Shown here: positions 9,291 to 16,608 of the stretch, in pieces
Position numbering within the stretch: position 1 is the stretch's first letter
Layout: each line of letters starts with the position of its first letter
IMG/VR virus record: IMGVR_UViG_3300032225_001688
Span: 1 to 30,028 of that record
Strand: one strand, 5' to 3'
Length of the DNA: 30,028 nt
DNA from: a virus
Taxonomy: Duplodnaviria; Caudoviricetes
Position numbers and translations under genes: made by a program
Notes under the pieces: model-generated
What the model was told of the DNA's origin: nothing
The model's input: only the letters and a program-made list of their open reading frames with translations
Database searches by the model: none

Positions 9291-9313
9291 TTGTTACCTT
9301 TCTCTTGTTTGGT

Positions 9314-9550
9314 TTAATCGTCACCTAGAAGTCTGTCTTCCATAACGGTGGCGAGAGTGAACATGGCTTGCTTTTCTACAGGCCATTCTGTTATTAGATC
9401 AAACAATATGTCATGGTTAATTGCTTTATCCATAACTTTCTTGAACTTATCGACTGCATAATCCAAGAATTCTTCTCGCTCTTCTTCTGGAATCATGTCA
9501 AGAGTAAACTCTTGTTGTTCCATTCCTTCATCATCACATTCGTGACACAT
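9314..9550 (-). CDS. Acidic hypothetical protein (start moved to MCHEC)
   Basis: RBS GAAAGGG precedes ATG 9550; 78 aa. Confidence 0.7.
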   Translation of the reverse strand: MCHECDDEGMEQQEFTLDMIPEEEREEFLDYAVDKFKKVMDKAINHDILFDLITEWPVEKQAMFTLATVMEDRLLGDD

Positions 9551-9680
9551 AGCGTCCCTTTCTATTAAAAAGGTTGGTTGGCTTACCCCCGTTGCGCACA
9601 GGGACAGGACGTCTCCGCACATTATCTTCTCATCTCGCATACAACTAGTTACTTCGTACTACTAGCTGCGTGAGCCATAT

Positions 9681-9707
9681 AAATTACTCTGCTATAGGGT
9701 TTGTCAA
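9681..9707 (-). promoter_or_regulatory. Candidate internal sigmaA-type promoter
   Basis: TTGACA-N15-TAATTT on the minus strand; the spacer is short. Confidence 0.4.
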
Positions 9708-9765
9708 GTATGCTTGAGGTTGGCTTAGCCAACCAACCTTTGGATGTACAACTAATTAAATAAAC

Positions 9766-10062
9766 CTATAGTTGCCATCCGGTTGATACAGTTACGGATC
9801 CAGTAACATCATACTGATCCCAACTGACATTCTTTTGCCAACGGTCTGAGATAACTCTTCGACCGCTTTCCCGTGTAGATTCGTAGCAACCAAGATATGA
9901 CTCATGGTAATGCTCGTAATTTTTACGGCGGGTATTGTAGATTTCCAAGTACTTTTGTTGTGCTTGGATGCGACGACCACAATTACCGCACGAATTGATA
10001 TCTTGTATCAACTCGTCTTGTGATTGTAGTTCGTCTATTTCCAACTTATCCTCTTGGGACAT
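9766..10062 (-). CDS. Hypothetical protein with CxxC..HxH..C motif
   Basis: 98 aa; RBS GAAAGGG. Confidence 0.75.
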   Translation of the reverse strand: MSQEDKLEIDELQSQDELIQDINSCGNCGRRIQAQQKYLEIYNTRRKNYEHYHESYLGCYESTRESGRRVISDRWQKNVSWDQYDVTGSVTVSTGWQL

Positions 10063-10093
10063 TGGCTACCCTTTCTCGGGTTGTTTGTGTTGG

Positions 10094-10597
10094 TTAGTAT
10101 TTTCCTTGAGCTCGTTCAAGCTCAACGATATCTTTAGCACTAGCTGTGCTATTCATAAGCAAGTTGTTAAACGTTGCCACATCCATCTTCTTGCTTAAAG
10201 CCGATGCGACTGTGTTAATGAACGCACCTGCTTTACCTGGCTTATTACGTAGGATTGTTCGTGTAGCCAGAACAGTTTCACCCCATGCAAATGAGAGTGG
10301 TGCAAGATACTCACTATAAGATCTAATAGTGTTATCCATTCCATTTGGTGTGGATGCTACTGCTGCAGCCAATAACTGAAGAGCTCGATCTTTTGCTTCT
10401 CCAGATTCAGTATTGGTGATTAGGTCATTAATTACTGCGTCTCTAAAGTTTGTAGATATCTCAGAAATCTGTACTAGATTTACTGGAATAGATCCTCTCC
10501 TTAGTCTTTCAGCAGCAATTGTTGGATCGAAAGTTTCACTTGCCAAGTGATCTCCGATTGTCATGTTTGGATCGTAATTAAGTTGTAGGTCCAGCAT
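10094..10597 (-). CDS. Hypothetical protein, possible second DUF4192-like paralog
   Basis: FRDAVI..STP..LAPLSFAWGETVLA parallels VRD..AP..YYYELGD of 4498..4980. Confidence 0.6.
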   Translation of the reverse strand: MLDLQLNYDPNMTIGDHLASETFDPTIAAERLRRGSIPVNLVQISEISTNFRDAVINDLITNTESGEAKDRALQLLAAAVASTPNGMDNTIRSYSEYLAPLSFAWGETVLATRTILRNKPGKAGAFINTVASALSKKMDVATFNNLLMNSTASAKDIVELERAQGKY

Positions 10598-11324
10598 AAG
10601 CGGCTACTATCCTTTCTAGATCTGTTAGTGGTTTTTTTACTATATTGCCATTCTCTACCTTGATAGGCGAACCATCCCAAGCTAGAGAAACTCGTTTATT
10701 TCCGTAGTCACGTTTGCCTGTGCCACTACAGGGATAACATTCATACTCTTTAAAAAGTGTGTGACCTTTAGGATCTATGTTTCCATGATTACAGGGTAAG
10801 TAGTGAAAACGAGAGTAGTTATGTACTTTTATTGCGCCTTCATGTTCAGGGCATGAATAGATATTATTATCATTTACATTTCCCGCCCAACATGTGGCTG
10901 GATAACACACCCCATCTATACGACCAGACTGTTTACACATGCGACAGCCTTGTATTTTAGATGGTGTTAGTTTGGCATCTTGTTCATACAACTGAAACTT
11001 AAAGTTACGTTGCACAACTTCAACGCCTGTGTATTTAAAGATAGTATAACGAACACTCTGCGCACGTAATGGGTGCCATGTGCCGCCCCAATGCGTAGTT
11101 AGTGTGCCGGGTGAATGTAATGTTCTTGTATTGTCTGGATGTATAGTAATTAATGGGTGATTATTAACCCATGGCATTACTATCTGAATATCACTAGACT
11201 TATTAAACTTATTGGCATATTGAATACGATAACCTCGGTCATAAAGAGTACGTTCATACTTATTACGACCATTGTCTATATATGTTTGCCAATCGTTATA
11301 GGTTTTTTCGGCGTGGTAATACAT
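10578..11324 (-). CDS. Hypothetical protein with DnaJ-type CxxCxGxG zinc-finger repeats
   Basis: CRMCKQSG and CYPCSGTG. Confidence 0.75.
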   Translation of the reverse strand: MYYHAEKTYNDWQTYIDNGRNKYERTLYDRGYRIQYANKFNKSSDIQIVMPWVNNHPLITIHPDNTRTLHSPGTLTTHWGGTWHPLRAQSVRYTIFKYTGVEVVQRNFKFQLYEQDAKLTPSKIQGCRMCKQSGRIDGVCYPATCWAGNVNDNNIYSCPEHEGAIKVHNYSRFHYLPCNHGNIDPKGHTLFKEYECYPCSGTGKRDYGNKRVSLAWDGSPIKVENGNIVKKPLTDLERIVAAYAGPTT

Positions 11325-11626
11325 TAGTTAGCCTCCGCTGTTTCAAATAAGTTTACGGGGATTGGATCTTCCATGTCAACATACTGTAATTCGATGACAC
11401 GTTCGCGGTCGCGTTCTAGTGTTTGTGTTGGCTCATCATCTGTATACCATACGGATGTGAGAGATATCACAGAGGAGTTTGGTTTCAGCATCTTAAGCGC
11501 AAAGCCTAAGCCATCCATCAAACCACTGTAATAAGCGCGGGCACGTTGTTGTTCAATGCCGTGTAGTTCAGCATGCTCTTCTAGTATCTGCTGCTCAATA
11601 GCAGCAATAACTTTCTTCTTACGCAT
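11324..11626 (-). CDS. Hypothetical protein
   Basis: 100 aa; translationally coupled to its neighbours. Confidence 0.75.
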   Translation of the reverse strand: MRKKKVIAAIEQQILEEHAELHGIEQQRARAYYSGLMDGLGFALKMLKPNSSVISLTSVWYTDDEPTQTLERDRERVIELQYVDMEDPIPVNLFETAEAN

Positions 11627-11891
11627 TTAATAACTCCTGTAGTTTCTCAGGATCAAATGCTGGTGCGATGTTTGATGGTTGGTACACCTTGCCAGTTTTC
11701 CAATGTGGAATTGACTTGTGGTTCCAACGACCACCTGCTTTCTTCCAAGCCTCACGCTTGGCATTGCTCTCCGGACTGCGTCCATTGATGTGATCGAAGT
11801 TAGTCTTCGATGGTTGGGCAGGGCCTGGGTTTTTCTTTGCAGCCTTGCCATTTGGTCGGTTATCATTGCGATTACCTTTTGCTTTTACCAT
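11619..11891 (-). CDS. Basic hypothetical protein
   Basis: 90 aa; RBS GAAGGA. Confidence 0.7.
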   Translation of the reverse strand: MVKAKGNRNDNRPNGKAAKKNPGPAQPSKTNFDHINGRSPESNAKREAWKKAGGRWNHKSIPHWKTGKVYQPSNIAPAFDPEKLQELLNA

Positions 11892-11895
11892 TTAT

Positions 11896-12135
11896 CTATC
11901 CTTCCGGCGTAGATTGTGTGTGGATACTTTCCACTACACTGTGTAGCGTATCGATGCCATCATCCCACAGCATCAATGCTTCTTTGCGGGTGCAGTTGTG
12001 AAACAACACTGCTTCTGTTAAGAATAATAGTTTGTTTGTAGTATTGTCAAACGTTGGGGCGGGTACTTCTTGTTCTTGCCATACATACTGAGTGCCATTT
12101 GGCGTTTGTACATATTTACCTACTAGCTCTGTCAT
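11896..12135 (-). CDS. Hypothetical protein
   Basis: 79 aa; TAATG coupling, RBS GAGG. Confidence 0.7.
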   Translation of the reverse strand: MTELVGKYVQTPNGTQYVWQEQEVPAPTFDNTTNKLLFLTEAVLFHNCTRKEALMLWDDGIDTLHSVVESIHTQSTPEG

Positions 12136-12428
12136 TAGTTTTCTTCCTCATCATCTTCAAATGGATAGCTTTGAGGTTCAGGGTTTTTATCGTATGTGCC
12201 AGCGCTATTAGATACGCCTATGCTCTCTTCATCTAATCCTTCTAACATTATGTCTGCAATGCATGCACTCCAATTAATAGGTTGGTCAGGCTCTTGAGTG
12301 AGCATGTCTATTGCTGAAGGCACTTTAGAAGCCCAAGCAGATATAAGTTTTGCTGGGTCATGTACTTCAAACTCCAGTTCCATCTTTACAATGGTTGGTT
12401 CGTATTTACGTATCATTTTTATTTCCAC
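12135..12428 (-). CDS. Hypothetical protein with acidic tail
   Basis: GTG start, RBS GAAAGGA; 97 aa. Confidence 0.75.
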   Translation of the reverse strand: MEIKMIRKYEPTIVKMELEFEVHDPAKLISAWASKVPSAIDMLTQEPDQPINWSACIADIMLEGLDEESIGVSNSAGTYDKNPEPQSYPFEDDEEEN

Positions 12429-12453
12429 GGTAATTCCTTTCGGATATAGGTAA

Positions 12454-12484
12454 TGAGCAGTTTAGCCTTGTCATGCTCAGGACA
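12454..12484 (-). ncRNA. Candidate H-type RNA pseudoknot, copy 1
   Basis: UGUC-CUGAGCAU-GACA-AGGCUAAAC-UGCUCA; second copy at 15762-15789. Confidence 0.6.
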
Positions 12485-12545
12485 GGAGTTCTTTTACCTC
12501 AGGAAGAACTATAGAAACCAACCGCGCTAGGCGTTATTAAATTGT

Positions 12546-12995
12546 TTAGCGGATGAATGATGCCCAGGTTGATGATGAACTGATCTTGAATTCAGTATCA
12601 GTTGCACCATCAATTAGAGCGATAGCATTCTGGATTTGTTCGTATTCACTAACATCTTTATTGTAGTTAGTGTCTTTGTAAGCAGGCTTTTGCTCATATG
12701 ATGGGCGCTGACCAAGTGCTTCTTCAGCAACATCATTGTCAAATGAGTACTCAAGACTGAAACGATTACGATATTGATTTGGATTGACTGTCGTTTCTAC
12801 ACCTTTCACTGAGCTAATGTTTTGCTTAGCCCAAGTGATTGCTTTTTTATCCCATGCGTCTTGACGCTTTTCAAGAGTTGCATTGTCTTTTTCCCAAGCA
12901 ACTATCTCTGCGTCCATACGCTTGAGTGTGTCGTTTAGCTTCTTGAGCAAGTCTTTCTTAGCCCAAGTTGTTGCAATTACCTTGGTTGTAGCCAT
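12546..12995 (-). CDS. Hypothetical protein (start moved to MATTK)
   Basis: RBS GAAAGGA precedes ATG 12995; 149 aa. Confidence 0.8.
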   Translation of the reverse strand: MATTKVIATTWAKKDLLKKLNDTLKRMDAEIVAWEKDNATLEKRQDAWDKKAITWAKQNISSVKGVETTVNPNQYRNRFSLEYSFDNDVAEEALGQRPSYEQKPAYKDTNYNKDVSEYEQIQNAIALIDGATDTEFKISSSSTWASFIR

Positions 12996-13417
12996 GGTAA
13001 TCCTTTCTCTATACGTGGTCACACCACGGCTGTGATGTGCGTTTGTTTGTGTTGGGGCGTGTCTCCACATGCCCTGCATGGTTTATACTCCCCATACTAT
13101 GTGAGTTAGTTGCGTACTATCTATTCAGTACTTGAAGCGAGCCAATAAAGTGATGTACCCACGAAGTTACATCGAGTTTAAGGGGTGTCGGACCAGGGGG
13201 TCAGTAATCTATTTGGGTTACCTATTCTCATAGGGATGCCGTTCGAAGCCTTAGCAACTGCCTAACCTAACTGCGTTATTTCCTGTTAGTCTGTACGACT
13301 TGGATTGTTTATACAATCCGATAGACACACATCATGTATCTATCGCATCATATAGACAAAGATAAAGCCGGGGGAGCGTACCCTCACACGCTCACCCCGG
13401 CCTTGCCTAGTTATCTT
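12996..13417 (-). ncRNA. Candidate structured non-coding RNA or long leader (~420 nt)
   Basis: No credible gene; hairpins at 13367-13401, 13319-13345, 13302-13319, 13221-13234 (GAGA loop) and 13055-13074 (GAGA loop). Confidence 0.45.
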
Positions 13418-13645
13418 CTAGGCTTTATCACTAGGTTGTACGCCAAAGTCAATAACGACATGGCGTGCTACCTCTAAATATATTTCTGCATTAGAGAATA
13501 AATCTTCGGGGTGGTACAAACCTTCAGGTTTACATCCCCAATTCTGTTGTAGATAGTTCTTTAAACCAGGAACTAATCTATCTACGAACTGATCTGTTGT
13601 CATGTATCCACGAGCAATTAGTTCTTTATCAGATGGTCCAGCCAT
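13418..13645 (-). CDS. Hypothetical protein
   Basis: 75 aa; RBS GAGGAG. Confidence 0.75.
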   Translation of the reverse strand: MAGPSDKELIARGYMTTDQFVDRLVPGLKNYLQQNWGCKPEGLYHPEDLFSNAEIYLEVARHVVIDFGVQPSDKA

Positions 13646-13949
13646 GGCAATACTCCTCTTCTGTTTTTGGGTGCCAGTTTGTTATTGTTTTTTTAGGTAT
13701 GCCCAACCAATTTACAAATTCGTGGGCACATTTGTGACACAGCGTAAATTGCAGGGGGTTTTCTCCCCCTACATAGTAGATGTTGTCTACGAACATCATG
13801 TAGCCACCATCTAAGGATATGTCTAATGCCACAGGTATGTTTGGATCCATATAGTTTGGTCCATTTCTAAAAACTTGTGGGTCTTGACACCTATAGCATT
13901 CAACGATGGTGGTGGTTACGGCGGCGGGAATGTTTATGTTGGTGCTCAT
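13629..13949 (-). CDS. Hypothetical zinc-binding protein (CxxC...GGYxMFVD...CxxC)
   Basis: 106 aa; RBS GAGGTG. Confidence 0.75.
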   Translation of the reverse strand: MSTNINIPAAVTTTIVECYRCQDPQVFRNGPNYMDPNIPVALDISLDGGYMMFVDNIYYVGGENPLQFTLCHKCAHEFVNWLGIPKKTITNWHPKTEEEYCHGWTI

Positions 13950-14074
13950 TTAGGTAGCACCTCATTTATGATAGTAGATAGTTTCCTATCCATAATCTTG
14001 CAGCAATGACACATACACTCCTGCAAGCCTTGCTTTAACTCCCAGAGTTCATCATTGATATTCATCATCTTCAT
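13946..14074 (-). CDS. ~42-aa Cys-rich protein (absent from ORF track)
   Basis: MKMMNINDELWELKQGLQECMCHCCK...EVLPK; ATGA overlap with the next gene; start uncertain. Confidence 0.5.
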   Translation of the reverse strand: MKMMNINDELWELKQGLQECMCHCCKIMDRKLSTIINEVLPK

Positions 14075-14264
14075 CCCACCAGCCTTCCCAGTTATACCCA
14101 AAGGTAATCTCCCATCTAAGGAAATAGATAGTTATCTCTTTGTAGTATTTGTAAGGGCCTTCAATGGCTGCCCCAAATAAAATCCAAGGACTCCGTGATG
14201 ACATTGTACTTATAGTTTCTACCTCTGCGTAGAACTTACCTAACTTATATAATTTATTTGCCAT
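14052..14264 (-). CDS. Aromatic-rich hypothetical protein (start moved to MANKL)
   Basis: RBS GGAG precedes ATG 14264; 70 aa. Confidence 0.65.
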   Translation of the reverse strand: MANKLYKLGKFYAEVETISTMSSRSPWILFGAAIEGPYKYYKEITIYFLRWEITFGYNWEGWWDEDDEYQ

Positions 14265-14406
14265 TGGTACTCCAGTCTTTGAGATACTGCTGTGACTTGA
14301 GCGTGTGTACATCCATCTGTAACTGAATAACAATTGGGCGTAACATATCTATTGATGCCCGTAATGCTTCCAGTTCTTTCTCAAGGTCTTTCCGTTGTTT
14401 ACGCAC
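14254..14406 (-). CDS. 50-aa coiled-coil-like protein (absent from ORF track)
   Basis: GTG start with RBS GGAAGG; MRKQRKDLEKELEALRASIDML... Confidence 0.55.
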   Translation of the reverse strand: MRKQRKDLEKELEALRASIDMLRPIVIQLQMDVHTLKSQQYLKDWSTNGK

Positions 14407-14647
14407 TTAGTTTCCTTCCTGCTTGGAATGACATAGGTGAGAGATAACCTATGCCAAAGTATTCCTTACCACCCCATACTCCATAGAGTCCGGGTGTTTT
14501 CTCAGCGTATTCATTACACGCTGAAAGCAATGGGCAAGCCTTACACATAGCAATGGCTAGCTTTTTATTCGGGTCTGCCTTTGAGAGCGGAAAGAATATC
14601 TCCCGATCAGTCTGGGCACATAACTGTTCACCATTCATCTTAAACAT
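14399..14647 (-). CDS. whiB: WhiB-family Fe-S transcriptional regulator
   Basis: CAQTDREIFFP, CKACPLLSAC, YGVWGG. Confidence 0.93.
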   Translation of the reverse strand: MFKMNGEQLCAQTDREIFFPLSKADPNKKLAIAMCKACPLLSACNEYAEKTPGLYGVWGGKEYFGIGYLSPMSFQAGRKLSA

Positions 14648-14749
14648 TTACCATCTCCAGTCTTGGTCTTCTTGGTCGATTTTGTACTGCTCATTGATCA
14701 TGTATGTAAGCAAAACAATACTTACTATTGTAAAGATTACGAGTAACAC
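14648..14749 (-). CDS. 33-aa single-TM membrane peptide (absent from ORF track)
   Basis: GTG start, RBS GGGGAG; MLLVIFTIVSIVLLTYMINEQYKIDQEDQDWRW; stop abuts the whiB ATG. Confidence 0.55.
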   Translation of the reverse strand: MLLVIFTIVSIVLLTYMINEQYKIDQEDQDWRW

Positions 14750-14922
14750 ATCTCCCCCTCTCTCAGCAATTCAACTGCCAAACTTTCGAGGGATTTTTCG
14801 GGGGTCAACTTTGTAACTACACGCTTTGTACAGTGTGTAGAGGAGAAGATAACAACTTGACCGCTAGGTAACTTGGTAGTCACCTTGGTAGTGCTTCTAG
14901 TAAATGTGGCTGTACCTATCAT
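14737..14922 (-). CDS. Hypothetical protein
   Basis: 61 aa; RBS GGGAG. Confidence 0.65.
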   Translation of the reverse strand: MIGTATFTRSTTKVTTKLPSGQVVIFSSTHCTKRVVTKLTPEKSLESLAVELLREGEMCYS

Positions 14923-15065
14923 ACTAACTGCTCCCTTCCATAGTAATACTCAGTCTTAATAGCAGGGCTGAGTAGGCTGAAGTGTCTATCACACAGGTGC
15001 TGTGGGAATAGACCTTTGATCTCGATAGAGCAGGTTGCTCTCTCCTTACATAGCATGCACATCAT
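14919..15065 (-). CDS. 48-aa CxxC..CxxH zinc-finger protein (absent from ORF track)
   Basis: RBS AAAGGAGG; MMCMLCKERATC...HLCDRHF. Confidence 0.7.
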   Translation of the reverse strand: MMCMLCKERATCSIEIKGLFPQHLCDRHFSLLSPAIKTEYYYGREQLV

Positions 15066-15097
15066 AGTTTCCTCCTTTCTTGACTCCCCTCATAGGG

Positions 15098-15514
15098 AGT
15101 GAGAGATACATAGGGAAGCAAGTAACTACCAGAACTGGTTCGTACTCAAGTCCTATGTACCTTCCACAACCTACAAAAATGGAAAAAATCGCGGGGGATT
15201 ACTATCTACCAGATGACTTACCATTCTTAAGGTCATCACTATCAGGTAGAACAAAGGTAAAGCCTTGCTTAGGCATAAGGATAAGACGGAACTCATCTTG
15301 TATAGCCTGTCTAGCCTGTGCACTGCCACAAGATAGACAGGTGTGCCTACCTATCTCCCAGCGAGCCTGAGGTACAGGCTGTCCGCAACTAATACATTGC
15401 ATAATTACTCCTAACTACTATCTAGATAGATAGTGAGAGATACATAGACACCCTTGTAGTAAGCGCTTACCCAACTAGGCTACGAGTCGATGCTCTTGCC
15501 TATGTATCTTCCAC
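15098..15514 (-). repeat. Two long stem-loops sharing the same closing arms
   Basis: AGTGAGAGATACATAG at 15098-15113 and 15432-15447; CCTATGTAYCTTCCAC at 15152-15167 and 15499-15514. Confidence 0.8.
15202..15402 (-). CDS. DksA/TraR-type C4 zinc-finger protein
   Basis: CISCGQPVPQARWEIGRHTCLSC; RBS AGGAG. Confidence 0.7.
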   Translation of the reverse strand: MQCISCGQPVPQARWEIGRHTCLSCGSAQARQAIQDEFRLILMPKQGFTFVLPDSDDLKNGKSSGR

Positions 15515-15794
15515 CACATACCTGATAATAGATAAGCCACTAGCCTCCCAACCTGGTGTTATAACCAGACGGCTATAACGGCTAGAAGGCCAGTGGCCTA
15601 TCTTGGACATAGTGGTACTCAGACTCCAACCCCAACTGGCATACCACAATGCCGTGTCGCAGCACGGGTGTCATGGCAATTACTGCCCCCTATCTATGCC
15701 AATAGGTGAACTATGGACATAGATAGAAGGCGGGAGAGATATAAGTCTCCCCCGCCACCTATGAGCAGTTTATAGACCTACTCAGGTCTTGGGA
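15403..15794 (-). ncRNA. Candidate structured non-coding RNA (~390 nt), including pseudoknot copy 2 at 15762-15789
   Basis: Back-to-back long stems at 15433-15514, 15530-15603, 15685-15731 and 15729-15756; most mismatches become G-U pairs on the minus strand. Confidence 0.55.
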
Positions 15795-16346
15795 TTAGTT
15801 GGAAATCAACTCCGGAACCCCTAGATACTGAGTTTTAACAGACTCAAAGAGTTCTTGAGCCTTTAGAAATAACTCAGTTGCTGCTGGTGATGTAACCAGC
15901 GGCACCTTCTGTACCTTTTCCACCGCTGCTACTAGACTATCCATAGCATCAATAGTGGAAGTGCCGTTCAAGGCATTGGTATTAGCCTCGTCTAGCGTCT
16001 CTTGCTTATCAAGATCAGAAACGCGAGCGAGTTCAGCCTTCATAGCAGCAAGGTTAGATGAAACCTTGATGCGGTTGAAGTTCTTGGACTTACCAAGGAA
16101 GGTAGCGTTGAGTGACTTGACATCTATCTCAGGACATACTGAGAGGATGTAGCCGCCGACAGCATTACCAGCGTTGATAACGCCCTTGAGACCAACAGCA
16201 ATTAGGTGCTGTGGGGTGATAGCAGCGTCCTTCAGGAATGTGTTATCCCTGAAGTCCTCCATCATCCACGCCTTCTTGCCGTTGTGCTTTGCTACTGCTG
16301 ATGTCACAATGGTCTGTGAGTCAGCAGATAAAATGGCGAGAGCCAT
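15795..16346 (-). CDS. Hypothetical protein, first gene of the leftward module (start moved to MALAI)
   Basis: RBS-like GAAAGCAGGT precedes ATG 16346; the upstream extension lies in a hairpin; 183 aa. Confidence 0.75.
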   Translation of the reverse strand: MALAILSADSQTIVTSAVAKHNGKKAWMMEDFRDNTFLKDAAITPQHLIAVGLKGVINAGNAVGGYILSVCPEIDVKSLNATFLGKSKNFNRIKVSSNLAAMKAELARVSDLDKQETLDEANTNALNGTSTIDAMDSLVAAVEKVQKVPLVTSPAATELFLKAQELFESVKTQYLGVPELISN

Positions 16347-16379
16347 TTGGCACCTGCTTTCTAGGTAGTTGGACACACG

Positions 16380-16436
16380 CCAACATACCTCCCCCACCTA
16401 CCGACCCGAAAGCCGATAGATGAGAGAGGTTGTTGG
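16380..16436 (-). other. 25-bp RNA hairpin in the 5' leader of the leftward module
   Basis: CCAACAACCUCUCUCAUCUAUCGGC-UUUCGG-GUCGGUAGGUGGGGGAGGUAUGUUGG; 5 G-U pairs, 1 bulge. Confidence 0.7.
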
Positions 16437-16592
16437 AGTTGGAATCCTTTCCCTTTTGCCCCTGATGGGTTACAACCTTATTTTAATCCGTAACGCACCC
16501 CCCACCCTTAAAGCCCGCCGAGCCCGCCGATTGACGAGGCTAGACGAACTAGTAGCTCCCAGGTGGGGTAGGCAGTGGCCAAAAGGTGGGGG

Positions 16593-16608
16593 TGTGATTT
16601 TTCTCACA
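16593..16608. promoter_or_regulatory. Perfect CRP/GlxR-type box in the divergent control region
   Basis: TGTGA-TTTTTC-TCACA. Confidence 0.6.

Larger units (their letters stand above)
3037..13942. repeat. Dispersed 12-bp motif CCAACACAAACA, 8 exact copies plus 1 variant
   Basis: + strand 3037-3048; - strand 4304-4315, 6008-6019, 7028-7039, 8829-8840, 10082-10093, 11420-11431, 13044-13055; 1-mismatch copy 13931-13942. Confidence 0.9.

Noticed and set aside
5492-9659. 13-bp match AGTTACTTCGTAC at 5492 and 9647
   Set aside because: Only two copies, one coding and one intergenic; compatible with chance
12454-12484. Hammerhead ribozyme reading of CUGAG...UAAAC
   Set aside because: Lacks the CUGANGA and GAAA cores and the three-stem junction; a pseudoknot fits better
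13280-13300. Group I intron R element (CAGACUA on the minus strand)
   Set aside because: No downstream UAGUC partner for P7 and no interrupted gene
3037-15514. CRISPR or other repeat-spacer array
   Set aside because: The 12-mer is dispersed at kb spacing and the stem arms occur only twice; no regular 30-40 nt periodicity and no cas-like gene
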